Below are positions 27,101 to 41,000 of a stretch of DNA of 64,000 bases, piece by piece. The first letter of the stretch is position 1. Each line of letters begins with the position of its first letter. The DNA comes from Bispira polyomma. Lineage: Eukaryota. Both the position numbers and the translations under genes were made by a program. The DNA is taken from assembly GCA_965649765.1 (NCBI GenBank), contig OZ287749.1, forward strand, positions 89,652,001-89,716,000, in the 5' to 3' direction. The notes beneath the pieces are model-generated. The model worked only from the letters and a program-made list of their open reading frames with translations, did no database searches and was not told where the DNA came from.

Positions 27101-30100
27101 GTGTAGTTGAAGCCATCGCAAGGGAGGCTTTCTGTCAGGAATATTGTCGCAGCACAGCAAAACATCTGACCGTCCCCACAGCTTTGATTGTTGACACTGT
27201 TGCCACGACAACGGATGCTGTCACACTGACCTACATCGACGACTGTTTTTCCATCGACACTACATCCATTAGGAAGTCTTTGAAACTTACTCTCTGGGCT
27301 GTCAGGGCAAAAGTCGTCTGGATTTTCTACAGGATATAGGTACATTTATATAAATAAAATGCTCTGTATGTAATAAAGATGCAAAATTGTGCATATATCT
27401 CAAAAATATGTTCAAGGTATCAAAACCAGCCTAATATCATTTCTAATGTCAGAACTTCATAAAGTTAGTTTTAATAATCAATGTAATTAATCATATGTCT
27501 ACCAGTTTTAATAGAGACATTTTGCAATGAAGTGATTTTATCTTTTGGCTATTCATATGGTAGCACTCATTTCCCAGAGCAGAGTTTCATTCTAATTATT
27601 CAATATAAAAAGACACAATACTACTGGGGAACTAATTAAACTAGTAAAATGTTGACCCTTTATTCCTGCTCCAATTCAACCAGAACAATATTATCAGAAA
27701 ATGCATGATTTAAAATAAACAATTTGGGTCCAGGCCAAAGGCGAACTGTTGATTATTTTAACATGTCGCCATGACATTGCATGCCCTGTACCTTTAACTG
27801 TGAGTGTAGCATCATTCGAGAAAATGCCCTGGCTGTCGGTGTTGGCACGGCAACGGTAGATACCAGCACTGTCCAGGGTTACTGAGGTCAGGGACAATGT
27901 ACTTCCACTGTCTCTGGTTATCAGAACATTGTTTTTGAACCTGTTAAGTTATCAATAATTTCAATTGAAGAGAAATATAATATCTATATTTTTAACTGCA
28001 ATATATTTTCATTTATTTGGATCACTGTCCACATTTACTGTTATTATTATCATCAAACTGCTAAGTGGTTATTTTTTATTATAAGGTGCTAAGGCTAGTG
28101 TTGAAAAAAATACCACTCCCATTAATTCCTTCATGTGATAAAGTACTTGCCATAGTCCATTGGTGTACAAGGCTTCAGCATTCGTTTCCTCCACCATTTA
28201 ATCTGGCCACGATTGATATTTGTTGATAGCGATGTAAAACCCAACAAAATTTAAAAGGATATTAAATTTTGACTGAGTTTGTGTGTATAATTGTAACTGA
28301 CAAAGCTTTTTTTTTTGTAACTTTGTCAAATATGATTTGAAAGTATTAGAACAATGACTGGTCTAAAAGTGTTTTTGTTCAGAGGGAGGCTAAAATGTAT
28401 TTGTTCAAATAAGTTAAACATTGGGTTCTTAATTGTGTAGTGATTACACACTCTGCAGTTGTGGGTTCAAATCTCGGCCCCTTATGAATTTGGAAAAGTT
28501 GGTAGTACACTTGATGAAGATGGATGGTGTAGACTATATGTATTAATCCAGTTTGATATTAGACCCAAACTGAACTAAATTTAAATTTTAGTTAAATGTC
28601 CCCAAAACCGGTCAATCTTTCTTCTGAATATGATGGGTATGCGTATATGTATTTATCCAGAGCAATGTTAGACCCAAACTGAACTAAATCTTAGCTGAAC
28701 CTCAACAGAATCAATCTTTGTTGTGATTGTGATGTTTTGATTGTAGGTATGCTTCCATTGCTGTATTAAGTGCTTTATAAGTCTGGAATACAAAGTACAA
28801 GACATGGACATCTACTTCTGACTTTAACTGCACCTTGACTCTATATAATTTACTGCATGTGTACCACATAAGACATCAGTATGACTAGGGAGTTGATACA
28901 CACCATTACTTTTTTATGATGACCCCTAATGCTACATTAAGCCAGGTCAACTTTTTGTTGAGTTTAAATTCATCCTATCACTTACCATTCGTAGTATTTT
29001 GGTAAAGGGTTGCCAATGGCAGCACAGCAAAACAACACATCATCCCCAACTATCCTTTTCTTACTGCTGGGGTGTAGGTCCATTGTCAGCAATTCTGTAA
29101 TATTATTTAGTTATATATTTCTTTTATTTCATAATAGTTACATGTATAATTTGCAATATTATAATACAAAGCAAACTGCAAGAAATGCCCATTTGGCATA
29201 TATGTCACATCATATTTTTAGCGTTTTAGGTATAACAAGCATAACAAGGTACATTTTAAAGTCATAGCCCATTCAAAATTAGAGATGATAGTTTTTACTC
29301 GTGATTTCAATGACCTTATTATACATATATACACACAACAAACGAGTATGATGATAAAATGATTATCTGATACATCTATTCATTGAGATATCTATTCCAA
29401 TGCTATCCATCAACAGATTATGTTTGGAAGACATTTATTACAAAAGACAAACCTGTGTGGTTGATTAACCTCCTATATTTTTGTGTAATGTCAATAAATA
29501 TGTTGAAACTGAACAAAGTGTGCTCTCCAAGGACCTTTCGTAACATAAGTAAATACAAACAAATTATGTGGACAGTACAAAAATATGGAATGATACTTCT
29601 GTGGAAAGTTCATCAAAATCTTGACATTCCCCCAAAAATGTTCTAGAACACATTACACAGTTGTTATATTCTATTACAAAGACCGGAAGTACGCTGTGCA
29701 CGAAAATCCAGACAGTGAGCAAGTTCTACCTGTCGATTATCTTGGAGAATGAAGGACAGCCAGATGGCAGAACAAAAACTAGAAAACAAATTACTTCGAG
29801 AATATGTAATCAAATGTAAGGAAATACTATTAAAGATGGTCTTTATAATAGAAATAGAGTTCTCATGATTGTACTGAACCCTGCGTTTGGTTGGGATTTT
29901 ACGTCAACAGCTTAGGTCATATAGCGACAGCCAAAATTAGTGGTGGAGGTAATCAGTGCTAAAGCACTATAAACCACACGTAGGAACTAACAGGATAACG
30001 TTTCCATACACTGGGTGACCACAGCCTCAAATTATTCAACTGGAAGTACTGTTGATCATTTGACAAAACTGTGCAATAACTATTACCAAACTGGTACCCA

Positions 30101-30597
30101 CCTGTTCCTTCTAGCTGGATTACATTTGGCAACCAGTCTGCAGTGTATGTCTGACCTATATAACCAGCCTTCTGAAAGGTAAGTTCGTGGCTGACACAAA
30201 GATTTTCTAAAGAGTAATTCCCGCTTGGTCCCGTGGTGAATAGGATGTGGTAGGGTGTGTCGCTGTTGGCAATCTCTACTCCGCCTAATGCCACACCAGT
30301 GGTGGATTGGACTGCTCCCTCAAACTTCCCATGACATTCACAGTGGGTACAAGAAGCACTCAAGACCCCAGAGGTACAGACTGTTGTACAATCTATGATG
30401 GTTACAAAGAGAAAGAAAAGAGAAAGTAAATTATTATAGTGTCACCTGTAATTACAGTGTTATTTACATAAAATGAAAACATTAAAAAAGGACAGCCAGA
30501 CCAGTAGTTGGGCTCATGAGACACTCTATATATATCAGTTTGACACATAACTGAGTTAACATATATTTACAAACATATATGAAACCTCATTTTAACA

Positions 30598-30637
<40 letters not shown>

Positions 30638-32053
30638 TATATCATGTGCATATCACTAATATATAGTTATCATTACTAATATACTAGCTAACCCTATTTT
30701 TAATTGCAAATGTTTAGTTTCTATGTTTAGTTTCTATGTTTAGTTACATATGTATGGGGTGCATTATGATTTCAATACACTATGTGCTCATATATATATT
30801 TATATATATGTCCTGGTACAAAATCCAGCATTTTAGTACAAAGAGACGAAAAACACAACACAAATACAGAAGATACTCCAATTGGACTCATTACGAACTT
30901 AAACTTTTGAAATATTTTCAAATCCTGCCAAAAAAGAAAGATTGGTACCAATTTGGGAGAAACTTCATTTACAATGATATGTATAGACCAAATTAACATA
31001 TTTTTATTTTTAAAATGATAATTAATAAATGTGAACTTTACATTGTATATTCCAGTTAATATATCATTAAAAAAGAAAAAAACAATTTTAATGATTTTTT
31101 TTTTTAATTATTTCATTGTAATAATATACTATATGGACACCAATTTTATAGCCTAGCCATCGTTTTAATAGTTTTAGAAAGTTTTAGAAGGTTACCCAGG
31201 TCATTTCTTCGAATCTTTTATGTCATGTGTTTAATCTATAGAATTCCGTAAACTTAATGAAGGTTTAAATAAAGCTAGATATTTCAACAACTTTTTAGCA
31301 TCAATCTTTAGTATTTTTTTTTTCATTGGTACGGTTTGACACATTTGTCGAGATTTCATTTTATTTCGTACATACCAAGTTAATTTTTTTATCAGGCTCA
31401 AGGCAATTTTTTATCAGGCATTGTTTTCATTATAAAATTTGGACAGTCACCTTGAAAAAAAGGGTACCGCCATGTTGGAAATAATGTGTAAGGCCAACAT
31501 AGATGGGTTGGAAGTAGGCAAACCCAGTGGCCAAACTCAGGGGTGTCAGATGAATATTTCTCATACTATGCGCCTGTATGTTTTTTCAAAGACAACTCTT
31601 ATTTTTTTTTGTGTGCTAATAAACATTCAGCTTAAGACTTTTAATCAGTGTTTTTCCACTTCTGTTAACAGTAACAATTAAAAATATATAATTTGATGGT
31701 CTAAATTGTATATATATATATATATATTTATGTATAATTTCTAATTAGGGTTAAACATATGCACATGCTCTTTAGTAACCTTTCTCCTTGGCTGAATAAA
31801 GTCTACCATCTGCCCCCCCCCCCCCCCCCCTTCATCCTCTGAATAAATGGCCCATAAATTATTTCACACTGAACTTTACTTTCAAATGTGTATTTCTGTA
31901 ATATAAGTCTGTTTCTGCGTGTGTGTGTGTTTTTTGAGGGGAGGGTCGAATTGGTACCAGAACATTTACTTTTCTATGGTGAATATATAATTGAGTAATC
32001 CATCATTGCGACACTTAAAAGAAGTATTTTTATGTCTGTGTTACCCCCCCCCC

Positions 32054-32086
<33 letters not shown>

Positions 32087-35000
32087 ACCCCGTAAAAGTG
32101 GCAACATATATGAACATTTGAGAGAGAAAAACAAGTAGTATTTTACACCGAAGAACAAAAAACATGTACAAAGGGAAATGTTTTTGTAATTGTACAGGGT
32201 CTTACTTGTTAAATAGATAGATATAATAAACCAAAAGGGTATGTGCAGGATATAGTCATGATCACGACAGTCTCACTGAATTTATGACTTCACTGAATAT
32301 AGTTGGCTTTTTGTTTGGGGTTTTTCCTTCCTTGTACATTTTATTGTTGAATTATTGATGCTGCTGTTTACTTATGAGATACAACCTTTAAATTTTCATG
32401 TAAAGTTGAATCTCTATTATATAAACACGCTGGGAGAAAATATAACGTTAATATACAGTTAAAACTAAAAACAAGAATTGTCTCTTCAAAAAAGACACAG
32501 GCGCGCAGTGTAAAAAAATAACTACCGTTGATATGGGCACTATATATACTGTATATATATACTGGCTGAACCTTATAGCAATCTGACATCTCTCAGTTTA
32601 GATGGGTCTTACATATGATTTTTATAATGGCAGTGGCCCTTCTTAGACTGAAAACTACATCAGGCTGAACCTAATAATAAAATCTTTCTCTTAAGACTGG
32701 CCACCACCTCAGCATTTGATCTCGCCCTGAGAGACGCTCTCACTGATTACAGTATTTGTTACATTCACATTTTGGTGAATGTTATATGATTGTGTTGGAC
32801 GCGTATATAAGGTTTCCGAATTCACAAAAACAACAAACCGTTGCTATAATGTATGTTGTCTATTTCATGAAATATTTAAGTTTCTGTTTTATTTCTGCAC
32901 ATTGTCTTTTTTTAACACAGACTGCACTTGTCACAACTGTTGTCATTCATTCTCGGATTTTGTGTAAAATTCATGTCACAACTTTCACAGTTATTGTCTC
33001 TCCACCTCTCCTACCTACATACTTATCCTTGGCAAAGAAAGGAAAGAGTCTTTTAGTTTTCTCTGTGAAACCTACCGAAACGGCTGCATTTTGAGCCCAT
33101 TTGTTATCGAATAGTCTACCAGTTGAGCTTAGATTACTACAAACACTGTCTTGGTTTAGAAGAAACCCCTGTAGCCTACATCCCGACATCCTCCCTTATT
33201 AACCGGCTATGCTTTTTGTAGTTCTCGATTGGTTCATTTCTTTATCCTACAATTGACTTTATATTAATGCATTTCATCATAATTCTCATAAAAACGAATT
33301 ATATACTTTCTATTTTGCACAACACACACTAAAACGTCAGATATTTACAACTTCTCTATTTGTCAAGAGCTTGGGCCATATCGGCGACCAGAAAGACTAA
33401 ATTCATAAAAATTATAGCTAGCTATTGTTTTTTTTTGTTTTTTTTTTTTTTCTTATAAACAACCAAATTACCCTAAAAACTATTTCAACAAATTGTTTTG
33501 TTTTTTTTTACTTAATTGTGCTTTAAAACCCCATAAAAACTATTTCTCGTTTTCAAAAGCTAATCCGAGCTTCGGCGAAGATCGTAGCAGCACTACTATT
33601 TATAGATCTTTACCTGTACAGATCCAGGTGTAGCGATCGATACCAGGTGTAAGTCCTTACGAGATTTGCGTCATTTTTGGGAGCTCTCGTGCGGTGTTTT
33701 CACCAATTCTAAGCTCCGAGTTTTAGTACTCGCCGACTGCTGAAGCATGTAAACAAACGAACGGGAATAAGCGAAATGGCACGAGAGGGATGGTGTGGTG
33801 AATCGGGGCCAATGAGATTTAGTGGGTGTTTCTGGGTGTGGTAGCCTCATGGCTTCCAGACTGGATCTCTCTCTCTTTCATATTGGGAACAAAGGGTTGT
33901 GGATGGTTTTTTTTTTGTGTGGATTGGAATTTAACATTTTTAATCAAGGTAGGGTTCATACTCATTATGTTTTAACAAGTAGTAACAACATATTTGGTGG
34001 GGATAGGGGGGTTTGGGATGAGTTTCATTATATTTAAATATCATTATACCCAATATTTTTGACCAAATAGTTATCAAGCATGGGGATAAAGTTTGACCTG
34101 GTTTTTGGGAGTTGCTGGTTAGTCTTGATAGGGCCCATATCTTTGTAAACAGTTTCTCCCCTATTTATTTCCATTACTGTAATTTTATAATATCATTCAC
34201 CTCATTCATTTAGTGATACTTGGAGTATACCTTAATACTTTGGTACTCCATCCCTTTTGGTGGGGGTAGGGGTACCCCTCATGGGTAGGTGGTCACATTT
34301 CATCAAATTATCAGCAGTTTTAACCACCATTCTGTTGGGCTACAACAGCCAGGGAATAAGTATATCTAGTCCCAAGGAGGCAGGTGAGGAGCTGGCCAGA
34401 TTCTTGGGGGGACTAACTGGGTTACCCCGTATTTGTTATCCACGACGGCGATGAGGCCATGTATGGTGAATGTACCTATTCAAATGTTGACATTCCAATC
34501 ATCTGGGTCATCTTTCATGTTGGTAGATGGGTTGAACTTTGACCTGACCTTGATCTTTAACCTTGTTTCACCCCTTTGTTTCCCAATCCCGGTATTTGTT
34601 GACCGTACCCATGATGTGGTGGGAAGTTCCAGGAGTTCTGTCTATATATAGACCATCCCAGGACTTCGCCACATGGTACAGGGAAGCAACTATGGGAGGA
34701 CAAATATGATTGAGCACCCCATTAATTAGGTTAGGAAAGGTTTAAGTAAAACGGTAGGTAGGATCGAGTTAGTACATGCAATATGGGAGTTAAAGGGATT
34801 TCTGGTACAGTGGAATTTTTGTTAGAACTTGTATTATAGTATAGAGTCATTTAATTAGGCTTAAAAGAAAGTAAACTTTATAATTGTAGTGGGATTTTTG
34901 GTAGAACTAGAGTTATAATATAGAGACATTTATTTAAACTTAAAAAAACTAAACTCAATAATTGTGTTTAAATGGTAAAATAATAATTCTAAGTTGAAAG

Positions 35001-38000
35001 TAATGTTTCCAGCAGTAATAAATTATAATCACTGTGAAATTTGACCTGAGTAACAAATAATAATATTGTTTCTTTAACCTTCAAATAGTTGTTGATGTAA
35101 ATGCCTAATATTATTGTTTTCTTTAACTTGCAAATAATTGTCGATACAAACGTCCAATATTATTGTTTTCTTTAACTTTACAATTTTTGTTGCTTAGAAA
35201 TAAGTATTCTATATCACCACTTGCTGTGTATATATCCCCCTTTTTGTTCAAATTATGTGATGTAACATTATAATACATCACATAATTTAACTTTATTATT
35301 AAATTCTATACTTTTCTAAATTAAAAAAATATATCAAATCCTAACTTAATTATTTTTAATAACATTATGAAATATCACACTTTACTAAATTTTAAATAAA
35401 TCAAATCCTTAAGAAATTATCTTGAGTTTGAGTACATTATTAAATCCTATATTTTCCAAATTGTAAATAAAATCTTAATTTTGTCATATGTCATATCCTC
35501 AGTAAATGTTCTGTGTTTCCTTGGTTAATTTGTGTTTGTTGTGTCTATTTCTTTCTTTCAATGTCATGTGTGGGTATTAACTTCTATATATTGTTCTAAT
35601 TCTAAAATATAAAACCTAACTGTTTATAATCTCCTTTCTTTTAATATTAATACTAAGTCAGCCAATAATTGGTGTTTGCTATTCTATACATATATGTGTG
35701 GCTTTCCATTTTAATATTGCACCCCACATCTCTTTTGTCCGTTTTAATATTTACATTTGTTGTTGATATATACTTGTTTGAAATGTCATTTATTGTGTTT
35801 CCATTATTGTGTTTTCCACTCTATTAAAATAACTTCGATCAACTCCTGACCTGGGTTTGCCAGTAAAATCAGTAGGATTAAGATTAGAGGATGACCTCGA
35901 CCATGACCTGAAAGGCAAATGACCTTGACCTTGGTTTACAAACCTGCACTCTTTTTGAGTTGGTTGAATTAGTTGTAAGGTAAAATTGCATAGGTGTCCT
36001 AACAAAGAAATCCTTGAACCTAGGCTGCAATATCTCACTTGCTCACGACTCCGACTATACAGTGTGCTCGGTTTACACTACTAGATTGTGAAAACTTAAG
36101 GTTGGACTATCCAGAAAGAATATTACAGTAACAGCTTTTGGTCGGTGGCTGGGTTGGACCACGGGAAATGGGGCAGAGTGAATTGGTTGGTCGGTGGGTA
36201 ATCGGCCAGTGTTGTCCCAGCTAGTGGGTGGTAGGGGAACCCAGAGTACCAAGATGAGTTCTGGTTAGGTGGGATAGTTTCAACTCTTGGTCTATGGTCT
36301 TGTCGACCTAATCGACATGGTGGCAGCAAACGGAAAGTATGAATAACTAGCGTCAGTGGGTGATAGGTTAAATCCTATATAGATAGAAGATAGACAGGCA
36401 GATACATGGTGGAGTAGAAACCATCGGAAGGGGATACGACAAAGAGGTCGGGTCCACAGTTAGCAGCACCCTTCCCGGGCTCTTCTCCTCCGGTGGTGCG
36501 CCACCCTCCCGGGAAGCAGCACTGAGCAGTGGTAGTGCGGGGTTCCGGCCAGGCATCCGGTAGAGTGTGTTGGGTCGGCACCGGCGGTCCCCTTCAGGCC
36601 GTGGCGGGGCCGTTCTCCCTCGAGGGCTCGGGGCAACAAGGGGGGGTTCGATCCCTCCCCCCCGGATGGAGAAGAGCGGACGGCGGACGGGGTAGCGCCC
36701 CGTCCCGCTACACAGGGCTCACAATAATCTGTCTTTTTATAGATCTTTACCTGGACAGATCTAGGGCTCACAGTCCTGTATCAATTTGTCCTTACCTGGA
36801 TATATCCAGGGATCACAGTCCTCTGTCTATTTATAGATCATTACCTTGAGAGATCCAGGGCTTACAGCCTTGTATATATTTGTCCTTACCTGAACTGATC
36901 CAGGGCTCAAAGTCCTGTATATATTTGTCCTTACCTTCACAGATCTAGGTTTCTCAATCCTCTGTCTATTTATAGATCTTTACCTAGAGAGATCCAGGGC
37001 TCACAGTCCTGTATATATTTGTCCTTACCTTCACAGATCCAGAGCTCTCAATCCTCTGTCTATTTATAGATTTTGACCTGGAGAGATCCAAGGCTCACAA
37101 TCCTGTATCTATTTGTCCTTACCTGGACATATCCAGAGCTTACAATCCTCTGTCTATTTTTAAATCTTTACCTGGACAGATCCAGGGCTCACAGTTTCGT
37201 ATATGTTTGTCCTTACCTGGATATATCCAGGGCTCACAGTCCTGTGTCTATTTATAGATCATTACCAGGACAGATCCAGGCTTTAAAGTCCTATATCTAT
37301 TTGTCCTTACCTGGACACGTCTAGGCATCATAGTCCTGTGTCTATTTATAAATCCTTACCTGGACAGGGCCAGGGCTCGCACTCCTGATTCTCTACTTCG
37401 TCCCCCACACATTCCAGATCTAGGTCTCCTTTGTCACACGTCCTACTCCGGGTTTGTGCCCCGCCCCCACAGCTCACTGTGCAGTCATTCCAATCCGACC
37501 ACGGCTGCCATGTACCGGCTGTCACTGCAGAAGTTAGATACATAATATGTGTAATCTGTTTAACAAATATATCTGGATGTAGAGGAACTTAGTGGTGAAG
37601 TGGTAAGGCACTCGTCTCTAACTTCTGCAATCATGGGCTTGAATTTCAGTGATTGCATAGATTTGGTGATAAGAATTAACAGGTTAGATGCTCTAAAGGA
37701 GTATGTATTGTTTTTCTCATGGTGCACGAAATATAGTTGCACAGATCAGTTGTGACAGCTTTTGCTATTTATATTGAGTTCATAGTAGCTTTCAACAACT
37801 ATATGCACTCATATTACAGGTAGCTTATGGAAGGTGAAAGTAAAACATGCTCGTTGGTCAAGATTTCTGTTTTAAAAACCACCGCCCAGCAGCATGTCAA
37901 CCGTCAACTTTGCTAGATACATGCCGGAATAAAGATTCAAACTCACAACTGCAGAGGTGAAAGGCAAGAACATTACCTCTACAGCCCCAAGGTCGCCAGA

Positions 38001-41000
38001 CCGAGGGAACAAGAGTGATTTAGAATTTACTGCACATGGCATGGCCATGTCTTACCGGGGCATATAAATACATTAAATTCTATGATATTATTGTTATTTA
38101 ATGTAAGAGAATATAGTGAATGCACGAATTGAGTTGAATAAGGTTCAAGTATAGAATACTCTTCATTGTACAAGTTCAGCCTTTCAACTCAAAGAGAAAG
38201 ATATCGCCGCTAAAAAGTCATATTACAAGTAAGTGAGGGAAAAATAGTTCATATTTTTGGGGGTTGTCAACTGCTTCATAGGTTCTGGGAGTAATACCGT
38301 CAACTATTTGCCAACAACATATCGATCGAAAGTGCTAAAGTTTAAAGTTTGGTTTACATTTTGTACATGTAGACTATAAAACTTATTATACATTTTTATA
38401 CAGGGTTGCTAAAATGGCAGATACCCCCTCCTTTAATACCCAGGTCTCATTTACATGGAAGGCAATTACGATCGCACCCAGAACACACCATTTCCTATTG
38501 TGAGGAACTGAAGGAAAATAAAATACCATTTTGGGGTGTCAACTACTCGTCAACAGACACTGGTTCTGGGAGTAACAAATGTCGTTGAATGCTAGTCAAC
38601 AAGTTGGGGATCGCAAGGGTTAAGGAGGGCTGTATCTACCATTTTAGTATCCTTGTATAGACAATATGTTTAAAGTAATACTCCTACCAGTAACTGGACA
38701 GGCCTTATGTGTAGGAGAATAGTCGAGAATCAGGTGAATCGGCTCGACTATTAATTTAAAGAAACACCTGATTCGAGGCAATTCTCTGACTTAAACCGCT
38801 GAAAACTAAGGTGACAGTAACAAATTGTATTTTTAAGTATTGTTTAAAGTCATTTCGAATTTCTAAATACATATACACCCATAATAAATATAAATAAAAG
38901 TAAGGCGATACAATTTTATGTTAATATAATTTTATATCATAATTCTAATGAATAAATGTAATATATATTTAAAAGTTACTGAATATGATGTATCAATGTA
39001 AACTTGAACTGAGTAATTTATTGAGCAAGGTCCTTCAATAATGTGGCCCAGAAAGCAGACAGGACATTCTTTAAAACGAAACATCTGTTTTAAACAATAG
39101 GTATCAACCAAACAGGAGTTTAAATATTTAAAGAATATACCCACCAGTAACTGTACAGGCCTGCGTGTTACATCTCTGACTTGAAGTGGCTGAACCCACA
39201 CAATAAGACCCATTACAGTCACGTGACCTCCTCTGTATCCCTCCGCCACAAGCCAGATCACAAGCCCCAAAGTCTCCCCAATCTGACCAAGTGCCGAGTA
39301 CATCTGGAGTTTACGGAACACAAAATTAATCATCTAAATTCTTCTTGTTGGGATTTCAATAAAGCTTTGCACAGGGTTTTTTCCAAAGCTAAAGAGGATA
39401 TAATTTTTACATTGTTTATACTATAGTACAAAAACAAATCTTAATTGATGAAACATGAAAGTTCAACTGATGAACCAGGAGACACAAATGTGGGGATATG
39501 CATCATTGAACAAATGTGTTTTGAATCTGCAGTAGGAGGAAAGCCATAAAGTAGAAGCTGTCCTGTTGAAATGAGGTAATCAATGACATGTAATAAATCG
39601 TGGTAAACTTCTATGATAATGTAGGATAACTGTGATACAAGATCACAAAAATACAACAGATGCTATAAATAAACATAGCCAAATCCTAATAGACAATGAC
39701 CAAATTCTATAAATATGCTCATATTCTAATATGGAAATTGTACTGGCCAAATTCTATAAACATAGCCAAATGCTATAAGACAAATTCTATAAACATAGCC
39801 AAATGCTAAAAGACAAATTCTATAAACATAGCCAAATGCTATAAGACAAATTCTATAAACATAGCCAAATGCTATAAGACAAATTCTAAAAAACATAGCT
39901 AAATGCGATTAACATCAATAAAGAAAGCTAAATTCTATACAGATGGCCAAACAAAGCCAAATTCTAATAGTCAAATTTTAAAAACATAGCCACAATCTAT
40001 CAACATTCGTAAACAGAGCCAAATTCTATATATATATATATCGCTAAATTCTGTAAACTTAGCCATATTGTAATGACCAAATTGTAATAGATAAATTCTA
40101 AAATCTTAGCTAAATTCTATAAGCATAGTCACTAACCTTCCTGTGTAGTAGTAGGTTCGTCAGTACTAATCACAATTTCTGGTGTAGTTGGATCAACCGG
40201 TGTGGTTGGATCAACTGGTGTGGTTGGATCAACTGGTGTGGTTGTTTCATCAACAGTTGTTTCAACACCATTAGTCTCAGTTGCCTCCACAATTGAAGTA
40301 GTTACCATGGTAGGAGTGGTGGATGGTGGTTCGGCTGTCCCCGGTTGTTCTGCTGTGGGTGTAGTGGTTGTTTCAGGTTGCAAAGTGGCTGTTGTCGTCG
40401 CTGCCAAGGTTGTTCGAATAGTTGTTGTGGTTGTTGTTGAAGTTATTGTAGGGACAGTAGTGGGTGCAACTGTAGTGGCAGTGTCTATGGTGGCAAATAA
40501 TACATATGTTACATTGAATATGTGCAGTCAGAGTAAAGCTGAACAGTTATACTTGGATCTGAAATTAATCAATTCATTAAAACAATCCATGAACCTTTTA
40601 ATGTGTATATTGTAACATTAATTTTATGTAAAAATTACCTTTATCCCTTCCACATAAATGAGATGTGTGAAACTGAACAGTTATACTTGTATCTGATATT
40701 AATCAATTTCATTAGAAGAATCCATGTACCATTTTAGTGTTACATTAATTTTATGTGAAAATTATTTTATCCTGTATACATATTCACTGAATTTGGTTTA
40801 TTGAGTTAATGTGTAAAAGAACTACCTGACAATATCAGGGAATGTGTATTCACTGAAATTTTGCAGAAAATATGCATAACCTGTACACACACACACATAT
40901 ATATAATTGGAACATCAATAAGAATTAATAAAATTTGGAACATTAATAAAATAACGGCTTTTAGCAATTTTGAAAACAAATACAATACACAAACAAAAAA

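Noticed and set aside
36368-36849. GC-rich overlapping ORFs as a gene
   Set aside because: They lie in the end of the TG..CA insertion, cross its boundary and show no recognisable domain.
40202-40615. Val-rich 137-aa plus-strand ORF
   Set aside because: Antisense shadow of the Thr-rich mucin exon.
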